Source of the DNA: Candidatus Scalindua sp.
Lineage (GTDB): Bacteria; Planctomycetota; Brocadiia; Brocadiales; Scalinduaceae
NCBI GenBank assembly: GCA_031316235.1
Contig: JALDRA010000001.1
Location: forward strand, 600,001 to 632,000
DNA: 32,000 bases
Reading direction: 5' to 3'
The notes beneath the pieces were generated by a model. It worked only from the letters and a program-made list of their open reading frames with translations, did not search any database and was not told where the DNA came from. Of this stretch, positions 25,185 to 32,000 are shown piece after piece; position 1 is the first letter of the stretch; every line of letters begins with the position of its first letter. The translations under genes were made by a program, and so were the position numbers.

Positions 25185-25248
25185 TACTCGGAATATATAA
25201 TATTAATGCGTTTTAAATCATGGATCAGGAATTAAGATTGGGGAAATT

Positions 25249-26994
25249 ATGAGCGTTATCGTAGCAAAAACAGCTGGCTTCTGTATGGGTGTACGAAAAG
25301 CACTGGATAAGGTTCTGGACGCCTCTGATAAAAAGAAAAATGATGGTGGAACTGTTTTTACGGAGGGGCCACTCATACACAACCCTCAGGTACTTGAGAT
25401 GCTGGAAAACAAAGGAATAAAGACCCTGAAAGGAGAAACTGATCTTTCTAAAAGCACCGTAGTCATAAGGGCACATGGAATAACACCTCAGAAGAGACAG
25501 GAATTAGCACAATCAGGTGCGAACATCTGTGATGCTACATGTCCCAGAGTCATGCGGGTACAAACAATTATCAGGTTGCATGCAAAGGACGGTTATTCCA
25601 CCATTATCGTTGGAGATGAGGGACATGCCGAAGTAGTGGGGTTGCTTGGATATGCAAATGGGAATGGATATGTAATCTCCTCGGCTGAAGAAGTCGCAGG
25701 TTTACCCGATATGGAAAAAGTCTGCATCGTAGCCCAGACAACACAAGACATGCAAACCTATGCATCAACTGTAGCAAGGCTGAAAGGAAGATATAAGAAT
25801 CACAAAGTATTTGAAACAATCTGCAGTTCAACATCAAAAAGGCAAGAAGAGATAATTACGCTGAGCAATTCCGTTGATGCCATGATTGTTGTAGGGGGTC
25901 GGGGAAGTGCCAACACAAACCGGTTGGTACAGATATCTGCGAAAGAAGGAACTCCCACTTTCTTGATTGAAACGGAACAAGAGCTTGATAGAGACAAACT
26001 TTCAGAGTATGATGTGATTGGTGTGACTGCAGGAGCTTCAACACCTAACTGGTTGATACAGCAGGTGGTAGAAAAAATTCAAACATCCCAGGCCGAAAAG
26101 ACCGGTACCATACGCAAACTTACGCAAAAAGCAGGGACAATCTTCATTGGAAGTTTCATGTATCTCGGCCTGGGCGCTGCAAGTCTCAGTTATACCGGAT
26201 CTGTTCTTCTCGGTATCAATTCTAAATTTAGTTTTTGTACCATTGCAAGCCTGTTCCTCTTTTCCATGTATGTTCTCAACCATTTTGCATACAAAGAGGC
26301 TGTAGCATTAAACGTACCCTCTCGATCAAAATTATATAACCGGTATCAAATCCTTTTCGTGGTTCTCGGTGTTATGGCTGCACTTATCTCTTTTGTATTG
26401 GGATTCATGCTGAGTATTCAGGTATTTTTCTGTGTTTTTTTTGCAGCCTTATTTGGAATAGCTTACAAGATATCAGTAATTCCGAAGAATTTTCCTAAAA
26501 TTGTCAGGTATCGCAGCCTGGAACAGATCCCGGGTTCCAAAGAGATATTTATCAGCATGGCCTGGGCAGTGAGTACCGGATTGATCCCATTTTTAGGCTC
26601 ACCTGTCAGCTATTCCCCAGCCCTTCCAGTTGTATTAGTTTTTGCGTTTAGTATAGCCTTCATACGGACAACACTTCTTGGTGTAGAAGATGTGCAGGGT
26701 GACAAGATTGTCGGAAAGGAAACAATACCCATCGCAATGGGAAAAAAAAGTACCAAGCAACTCTTGATAGCAATTTCGATAGTGCTGGCAATACTCTTGA
26801 TAGTAAGCCCGATTATTGGTTTATCTTCGACACTTTCATTTTATCTTCTCCCCTGTGTTCTATACGCCTGTGGATATCTATACCTCTATCACAAACGCCT
26901 CATACCAAGTGGATTAGCCTGTGAGTTTATTACCGATTTCAACTTCATCCTGGCAGGAATAATGGTTGTAATATGGCGCTTGTGTGAATTATAA
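25249..26994 (+). CDS. ispH: Fusion protein: IspH/LytB (HMBPP reductase) domain plus C-terminal UbiA-superfamily 9-helix membrane domain
   Basis: Residues 1-~285 carry all three IspH cluster cysteines in context (TAGFCMGVRKA, CDATCPRV, ETICSSTSKRQ) plus HAEV, VVGGRGSANTNRL and GVTAGASTP. Residues ~300-581 are hydrophobic, with a UbiA second motif LLGVEDVQGDKIVGKETIPIAMG. The first motif position reads LNHFAYKEAVALNVPSR (no Asp). Confidence 0.8.
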   Translation: MSVIVAKTAGFCMGVRKALDKVLDASDKKKNDGGTVFTEGPLIHNPQVLEMLENKGIKTLKGETDLSKSTVVIRAHGITPQKRQELAQSGANICDATCPRVMRVQTIIRLHAKDGYSTIIVGDEGHAEVVGLLGYANGNGYVISSAEEVAGLPDMEKVCIVAQTTQDMQTYASTVARLKGRYKNHKVFETICSSTSKRQEEIITLSNSVDAMIVVGGRGSANTNRLVQISAKEGTPTFLIETEQELDRDKLSEYDVIGVTAGASTPNWLIQQVVEKIQTSQAEKTGTIRKLTQKAGTIFIGSFMYLGLGAASLSYTGSVLLGINSKFSFCTIASLFLFSMYVLNHFAYKEAVALNVPSRSKLYNRYQILFVVLGVMAALISFVLGFMLSIQVFFCVFFAALFGIAYKISVIPKNFPKIVRYRSLEQIPGSKEIFISMAWAVSTGLIPFLGSPVSYSPALPVVLVFAFSIAFIRTTLLGVEDVQGDKIVGKETIPIAMGKKSTKQLLIAISIVLAILLIVSPIIGLSSTLSFYLLPCVLYACGYLYLYHKRLIPSGLACEFITDFNFILAGIMVVIWRLCEL

Positions 26995-27026
26995 AGTACT
27001 CTTAAACGAAAAACTGAGACAATAAA

Positions 27027-27716
27027 ATGAAACATAAAAATATACTTACCGAAAGCAACTTTAAAAGAAATATCAGGAGACGGCTGATTGCCGGCCTTCT
27101 CGTCATCCTTCCAATATATGTCACTTTTTTTGTCATTAAATTTTTGCTGGGATTAATAGGAGGAATCCTCTCACCTTTAGTTCGGAAGGTGTTCCTGGTT
27201 TTTGGTTTTGCTTTGCGAAATAGCTCAGCCGATGAATTTGTTGTCACATCAGTTGCATTTGTACTTGTCTTTGTATTGATCTATTTTATTGGTGTCTTTG
27301 CAACCAATTTCTTTGGCAAGCTTCTAATAGGATATTTTGAAATGCTATTGGACAATATGCCTATTATTAAAAACATCTATAAATCCTGCAAGCAGATGAT
27401 TGGTCTTATCGGCCTGCCAAGCAGAAAGGCTTTTAAACGTGTAGTGATTGTTGATTACCCCCGTGTGGGAATGAAGGTTGTTGCATTTGTCACAGGCAGT
27501 TTGAAAAACAATGAAGGAACAGAACTTACCAGCATCTTCATCCCCACGACACCAAACCCTACATCAGGGTTTCTCATATATCTGCAGGAAGAGGAGATCG
27601 TAGAAACAAATATGACAATTGAGGAGGGTATGAAATTGATTGTCTCGGGTGGAATACTTGTCCCTGATGAGATCGAATTCCATACCAAACAAACTGAGGG
27701 CAAGGCAGATGCATAA
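27027..27716 (+). CDS. DUF502 family membrane protein
   Basis: 229 aa. Two N-terminal helices, then ...VVIVDYPRVGMKVVAFVTG... and IFIPTTPNPTSGFLIYL, the DUF502 hallmark PTTPNPTSG. Starts 33 nt after the ispH-fusion stop. Confidence 0.7.
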   Translation: MKHKNILTESNFKRNIRRRLIAGLLVILPIYVTFFVIKFLLGLIGGILSPLVRKVFLVFGFALRNSSADEFVVTSVAFVLVFVLIYFIGVFATNFFGKLLIGYFEMLLDNMPIIKNIYKSCKQMIGLIGLPSRKAFKRVVIVDYPRVGMKVVAFVTGSLKNNEGTELTSIFIPTTPNPTSGFLIYLQEEEIVETNMTIEEGMKLIVSGGILVPDEIEFHTKQTEGKADA

Positions 27717-27880
27717 AACCACCAACCGGTTTTACGGAAAAGATAGAGAGCGGCCTGATAAAAATGCTGATAGTTGGTCTTGGCAGAAATTAAGAAAGGT
27801 ATCCCCGGACAAAAAACGCCGAGGACTTTACTCGCTCAAATTTATCTCGGTTTTATCCGAAATCCAGTATGAGATGAGTA
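27711..27880 (+). mobile_element. Family A structured repeat, copy A3 (about 170 bp, expanded; left end approximate)
   Basis: The right two-thirds are unambiguous: gaaaggtatccccggacaaaaaacgccgaggactttactcgctcaaatttatctcggttttatccgaaatccagtatgagatgagta, followed by TA (27881-82). The left end is degenerate (gcataaaaccaccaaccggttttacgg) and overlaps the DUF502 stop codon (27714-27716). Confidence 0.65.
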
Positions 27881-28015
27881 TAAATTGTATTACGGCTCTT
27901 CGTCCCGGGGGTGCAAAGATCCCAATGACATTTGATTGTGATAAAGATGCTATCGACGCAGAAATCTTCACCTGTGGGGTCGATGACATAAAAAACCAAA
28001 ATTGTCTGGGTAAAG

Positions 28016-28042
28016 AATAGCCTTGACCTTGAAAGGGCTATT
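28016..28042. terminator. Weak hairpin between convergent genes (possible bidirectional terminator)
   Basis: aatagcctt-gaccttga-agggctatt (7 Watson-Crick pairs plus t.g and t-a), followed by gtttct. Lies between the DUF502 gene (+) and the metallophosphoesterase gene (-). Confidence 0.25.
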
Positions 28043-28146
28043 GTTTCTGAGGACTGTCTGGATGAGATAAAAGAGCTTGACAGCATGGACCAGACATCAC
28101 CTGTAAAAGAACTACTCTTTGATTCAGGGAGCACTTACAAACACTG

Positions 28147-28950
28147 TCACATTCCGACCTTGATCCTCTGAGCCAGAAATAGTGGTAAACCTGCTTTCTT
28201 TATCTTTTCCATTGTTTTCTCATAATCATATTCCAGCCGGACTATCTCAACGCCCCAATCAACGTCATCAAATACAGCAAACGAGAGTAGATGCAAACCA
28301 TCACGAGGTTGTCCGACACTTCCTACGTTAACGATAGTCTTCCCATCTCTCGACATGTCCGCACCTCTCTTTCTCCGGTTAAGTGCATAATCTGCATAAA
28401 CTCCCGGGATATGCGAATGGCCAACAAAACAGAGTGAATGTTCCATTGTTCTCATACTTAAGAACGCGTCTCTCTTATCAGCAATATACTTCCATTCCAT
28501 GGGATTGTCCGGTGACGCATGCACATACAGAACACTCCCTTCATCTAACTGATAGCAAAATTCCTTTATGGAATCTTTTGATACATCATCTAATACCTCT
28601 CTGGTCCACGCAATTGCATCAAGTGCATATTGATTAATCTGGCAATCGAGGTCCATACTCAACATAGCATAATCATGATTTCCCAGGCATATCTTGTCTG
28701 TTCGTGAACGAACCATCTCAAGGCACTCAACCGGATTCGGACCATACCCTACAATATCACCAAGGCATACAATTTCCTTGTCTCCTGCAGACGTATCGAT
28801 ATATTCCCATACCTTTTGCAGGGCCTCCATGTTGCCATGAATGTCAGAGATTATGATTTTCTTCATTACCATTCTTTCAGTTAAAAAATGAGGACTGATC
28901 TTTCCCAATCCTGGAATGTATAAGGAATCCGCAAAGAAATCAATAACCAT
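28147..28950 (-). CDS. Metallophosphoesterase (YfcE/MJ0936-like calcineurin-fold phosphoesterase)
   Basis: IIISDIHGN, CLGDIVGYGP, LGNHD and FVGHSH are the metallophosphoesterase motifs I-IV. The true start is probably ATG at 28872 or 28866 (MVMKKIIISDIHGN) rather than 28950. Confidence 0.8.
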   Translation of the reverse strand: MVIDFFADSLYIPGLGKISPHFLTERMVMKKIIISDIHGNMEALQKVWEYIDTSAGDKEIVCLGDIVGYGPNPVECLEMVRSRTDKICLGNHDYAMLSMDLDCQINQYALDAIAWTREVLDDVSKDSIKEFCYQLDEGSVLYVHASPDNPMEWKYIADKRDAFLSMRTMEHSLCFVGHSHIPGVYADYALNRRKRGADMSRDGKTIVNVGSVGQPRDGLHLLSFAVFDDVDWGVEIVRLEYDYEKTMEKIKKAGLPLFLAQRIKVGM

Positions 28951-29175
28951 TTTTTCTTTTCTTTTTTTTAAAAGTCAACAGTTCAATTGTCAGGCCGCTC
29001 CTCCATTGCATTTATATGGATTGCTCACCCTCCGTGTAGTGACAAAGGAGTTATACGAATATTAATCGATTTAACTTCGTGAAGAGTAAAGTCAAAACAT
29101 ATAACTCCGATAATAAAGGGTAATATTGAGAATAGTTGTCTCAAAATGGACAATCATTATACACGGCCGATACCA

Positions 29176-29420
29176 TACTAAAACCGATTTGGTTTTAGAT
29201 TTTTCTAACAACCAAAACCTGATAGTAGTTTACTCGCTTTGTTTATACTCATCTTACAATGGTTTTCGGATAAAATCCGAGATAAAATTGAGCGAGTAAA
29301 GTCCTCGGCGTTTTTTATCCGGGGATACCTTCACCAAGATTTGATTTCCGGTAAAACCGAAAAACAGATCGGTTTTAGTATATTCTCGGATTGTATCCGA
29401 AAACCATTATGAGATGAGAG
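29176..29420 (+). mobile_element. Family A repeat, degenerate + copy (A4 host), split into 29176-29243 and 29383-29420 by an inserted copy
   Basis: The left part, tactaaaaccgatttggttttagatttttctaacaaccaaaacctgatagtagtttactcgctttgtt, and the right part, ttctcggattgtatccgaaaaccattatgagatgagag, together align end to end with the family consensus. Confidence 0.7.
29246..29380 (-). mobile_element. Family A repeat, full-length 135-bp copy (A4 insert) in reverse orientation inside the host copy
   Basis: The reverse complement reads tactaaaaccgatctgtttttcggttttaccggaaatcaaatcttggtgaaggtatccccggataaaaaacgccgaggactttactcgctcaattttatctcggattttatccgaaaaccattgtaagatgagta. Bracketed by TA (29244-45) and TA (29381-82). 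Confidence 0.8.
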
Positions 29421-29494
29421 CACCTGAATTCTTGGAAGCACTTGAAAAATAATTTCAGGGATTAACAAACATTGTATTTAACTATCAAAAATTC

Positions 29495-31615
29495 TTGATA
29501 AAAATGGAAAAGGTGGAATGTAAATTAATTGACAGAAATTCTGTGTCCGGTCAGCTGGAGCGGGTATTTCGGCCTATTGAAGGCGAAATTGCCATACGCA
29601 GCCAAGACAGGGTACAGGTGATTTCCTTCGATCAAATTTCCTGCGTTTTGTTTACCAAAACATCAAATCAACAGAATAATTTTCACGTGCGCGGCATAAA
29701 ACCAGAAGAGATTACAACAAGGTCCGGTGAAGTTTATCGGGTACGGGTAGTACAGCAGGACATTATGGAAGATCTTCATCAAGGTTTTTACGGTATACCG
29801 ACCAACCAGGAAAATGGACCAAGCTACATTTTTTTTCTTAAAACTGGTATTATGCACCGAGGCAGGGAGCGCCTTGACAAGAACCAGATGTACACAACTA
29901 AGGAGAATGGTCAAAACACCTCAGGAGAGTATCAGCAACAGAAAATCGGAGAAATTTTGACTGATTACAATCTCGCCACCAAGAAGCAAATTGATGCAGC
30001 ACTCAAAGCACAACGTCTTGGTTCAAACAAGTACCTGGGAGAGATCCTCATTGCAAATAAAATTATCACGGAAAAAGAGCTCTTAATGGCATTGGCATTT
30101 AAATTCCAATTACGCTCTGTGGATCTTCGTGACATATCTCCTAATCTGGAAACACTTGATTTAGTACCGTATGAAACGGCAAGAAAGTTCCATATCTTTC
30201 CATTTGCATCTGATACAAAAAAAATTACTATTGCAACCTCTCAGCCTACTGACATTAATGTCATAGACACCTTGCGTTTCAGTACCAACCGATGGGTGGA
30301 AATGGTGTTAGCAACACATAAACAGATAGAAACACATATAATTAAATATTATGAAGATGAGTCAGAAAAAAACGAAATAAATATAGACGAAGTGATATCT
30401 GGCATAGAGCTGGAAGAACAAGCCCAAGAGATAACAATAAAAGACGAAGCGGAAGCTGCACCAGTCATACGCTTGGCAAACAAGATACTTCTCAATGCTC
30501 TCAAGGAGGGCGCGAGTGACATCCATATGTTACCGCAAGAAAAAGGATTGAAGGTTTCATATCGAGTGAATGGCCTGCTTCAAGAATACCTTAAGTTGGA
30601 CAAACGTATCAGCAAGAGTTTGGTTGCGAGGTTTAAAATTGTTGCTCTCATGGATATCACAGAACGCCGCCTGCCGCAAGATGGCCGTTTTAAAATCGTT
30701 TTGAACAACCGCCCTGTAGAATTCCGCGTTTCCTGCATGCCAGGTCAATATGGAGAAAACCTCGTATTGCGTATTTTAAATAGAAGTAATCATACTACCG
30801 GGTTAAATCAATTGGGACTGGATAGCAAGGATGTAGAAACAATACGTCATATAGCCCGCAGTACCCATGGCATGATGCTTGTCACCGGGCCAACCGGTAG
30901 CGGCAAATCATCAACTCTGGCCGCCGTATTGCAGGATCTGGTCGATGAACCCAAACACATGTTATCATTGGAAGACCCTATTGAGATTGAAGTCCCGGGA
31001 ATTAATCAAATACAAATTCACGAAAAAATAGGTTTCACTTTTGCAACAGCCCTTCGCAATGTTCTACGACACGACCCTGATATTATTATGGTTGGAGAAA
31101 TACGTGATCCAGAAACTGCCAGGATATCTGTCCAAGCAGCGCTGACCGGTCATGTACTCATTTCAACCCTTCATACAAATAGTGCTGCCGCGGCATTTTC
31201 CCGTTTGTCAGACATGGGTGTGGAACCGTACCTGGTATCGGCAACTGTTAAAGGTATCATGGCCCAGCAACTGTTACCTCGGCTATGTGCAGAGTGCAGA
31301 TTAACCAAAAAACCTGATGAAAAGATACTGGCATTCATTGCCAAACATGGGATCAATACCAAAAATCTGATCGATCATGCTTCCAGAGGCTGTGATCATT
31401 GTCGTGATTCCGGTATATCAGGCAGGATATTGGTGTATGAATTTTTAGCGGTGAATCATGAATTACAGGCCATGGTATCAAAAGAGGCCACATTAGATGC
31501 GATACATGCAACCGCTTGTAAACTGGGCATGCGCACTATTGTGCAGATGGCAGTAGATGCTTCTCAGAAGGGACTTGTTTCACTCAACCGTATATTGCCT
31601 CTGTTCATCGAGTAG
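29495..31615 (+). CDS. GspE/PilB-family secretion or type IV pilus assembly ATPase with ~150-aa unrecognised N-terminal extension
   Basis: 706 aa. Tandem T2SSE_N/MshEN-like helices (KIGEILTDYNLATKKQIDAALKAQ; YLGEILIANKIITEKELLMALAFKF). Walker A GPTGSGKSST, Walker B DPDIIMVGEIRD, His box GHVLISTLHTN. Tetracysteine CAEC...CDHC. TTG start in the track; ATG (MEKVECK) is 3 codons later. Confidence 0.85.
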   Translation: MIKMEKVECKLIDRNSVSGQLERVFRPIEGEIAIRSQDRVQVISFDQISCVLFTKTSNQQNNFHVRGIKPEEITTRSGEVYRVRVVQQDIMEDLHQGFYGIPTNQENGPSYIFFLKTGIMHRGRERLDKNQMYTTKENGQNTSGEYQQQKIGEILTDYNLATKKQIDAALKAQRLGSNKYLGEILIANKIITEKELLMALAFKFQLRSVDLRDISPNLETLDLVPYETARKFHIFPFASDTKKITIATSQPTDINVIDTLRFSTNRWVEMVLATHKQIETHIIKYYEDESEKNEINIDEVISGIELEEQAQEITIKDEAEAAPVIRLANKILLNALKEGASDIHMLPQEKGLKVSYRVNGLLQEYLKLDKRISKSLVARFKIVALMDITERRLPQDGRFKIVLNNRPVEFRVSCMPGQYGENLVLRILNRSNHTTGLNQLGLDSKDVETIRHIARSTHGMMLVTGPTGSGKSSTLAAVLQDLVDEPKHMLSLEDPIEIEVPGINQIQIHEKIGFTFATALRNVLRHDPDIIMVGEIRDPETARISVQAALTGHVLISTLHTNSAAAAFSRLSDMGVEPYLVSATVKGIMAQQLLPRLCAECRLTKKPDEKILAFIAKHGINTKNLIDHASRGCDHCRDSGISGRILVYEFLAVNHELQAMVSKEATLDAIHATACKLGMRTIVQMAVDASQKGLVSLNRILPLFIE

Positions 31616-31706
31616 ATGATTTTGCAATTCATCCTTATCTAAACATTTTGATCTCACTGCGATCAAAGAAAAGAAATTTCAAAACAAGTGGGATAAGTAT
31701 CTTATC

Positions 31707-32000
31707 ATGAGAAGGTCAATTTCATATCAATATAACAAGCAGAAACCAAAACGTTCTCCGCAAACCAATTCTCAAGCATTAAATTCGAAAGGGTTTGATG
31801 GGTATTTCAGGGTTTCCTTTAGAATTATACCGCTGATAGCTTTGAAGTCAATGCACCCTGACTGGGTAACGGTTCAAGGAAACGGTTTGGATACCGAGGG
31901 TTTGGTTTTTCATTATAAGAATACTATCGCCTCCGGAACTCTCTTAGAGTTAAAAATCATGCATCCAAAAATCACATCAACCGTGAACTGTATTGGAAAG
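31707..32000 (+). CDS. Partial ORF, PilZ-like domain (tentative; continues beyond the window)
   Basis: Hand translation from ATG 31707 is open to the window end (98 codons): MRRSISYQYNKQKPKRSPQ...GYFRVSFRIIP...VTVQGNGLDTEGLVFHYKNTIASGTLLELKIMHP. RVSFR fits RxxxR. The D/NxSxxG position is degenerate (LDTEGL). Confidence 0.35.
   Translation, partial: MRRSISYQYNKQKPKRSPQTNSQALNSKGFDGYFRVSFRIIPLIALKSMHPDWVTVQGNGLDTEGLVFHYKNTIASGTLLELKIMHPKITSTVNCIGK

Noticed and set aside
25220-25252. 10-codon upstream ORF (MDQELRLGKL) whose TGA overlaps the ispH ATG (ATGA).
   Set aside because: No SD precedes it and the peptide has no regulatory-leader features. The overlap is probably coincidental. It would only merit attention if conserved in orthologous leaders.
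27640-28134. ORFs 27640-28020 (+, 126 aa) and 27853-28134 (-, 93 aa) in the DUF502/phosphoesterase gap.
   Set aside because: The + ORF overlaps the DUF502 3' end and reads straight through family A repeat copy A3. The - ORF has no motif or SD. Both are more likely artefacts of repeat and intergenic sequence.
29176-29420. Clustered repeats here considered as a CRISPR array.
   Set aside because: The copies are in opposite orientations, differ in length, are internally hairpinned and are not separated by unique spacers of regular size. No cas genes are in the window.
29432-29447. ttggaagcacttgaaa upstream of the GspE-like gene, considered as a sigma54 (-24/-12) promoter.
   Set aside because: The GG-to-TTG spacing is two nt shorter than the TGGCAC-N5-TTGC consensus, and the GC of the -12 element is missing.

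Overview
AT-rich (about 40% GC by eye) bacterial chromosomal window. All product calls come from reading motifs by eye in the supplied translations and in my own hand translation; no database search was run. Layout: (1) 1-17.9 kb is one long minus-strand glycan cluster. It encodes an HldE-like kinase/nucleotidyltransferase with reversed domain order, a second free-standing cytidylyltransferase, a deoxyhypusine-synthase-like protein and three SAM methyltransferases. It also encodes a Cys-rich Capsule_synth-like putative transferase, a NeuA-like CMP-sugar synthetase, a Wzx-like flippase, a fused transketolase, an aldehyde dehydrogenase, an SDR, a NeuB-like synthase and a GT-C membrane glycosyltransferase. 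(2) 18.3-20.2 kb holds a hemerythrin-like protein and mgtE. (3) 20.3-24.9 kb (minus strand) is a four-gene Fe-S/radical cassette: nitroreductase, B12-binding radical SAM, DUF362 plus 2x[4Fe-4S], and SPASM/twitch radical SAM. It is transcribed divergently from (4) 25.2-27.7 kb (plus strand), an IspH fused to a UbiA-type membrane domain whose first Asp-rich motif is ablated, followed by a DUF502 protein. (5) 28.1-32.0 kb holds a metallophosphoesterase, a GspE/PilB-type ATPase with an unrecognised N-terminal extension, and a partial PilZ-like ORF. The ORF track does not explain two families of structured intergenic repeats. Family A is modular and TA-flanked, occurs at four loci, and includes one copy inserted inside another. 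Family B is a 124-bp long-hairpin element with two copies showing compensatory substitutions, each lying just downstream of the TAG stop of a minus-strand gene. No rRNA, tRNA or CRISPR array was seen. The candidates most likely to be new are the radical-SAM cassette with the IspH-UbiA fusion, the non-canonical NeuB/NeuA-transketolase-ALDH sugar cluster, and the two repeat families.
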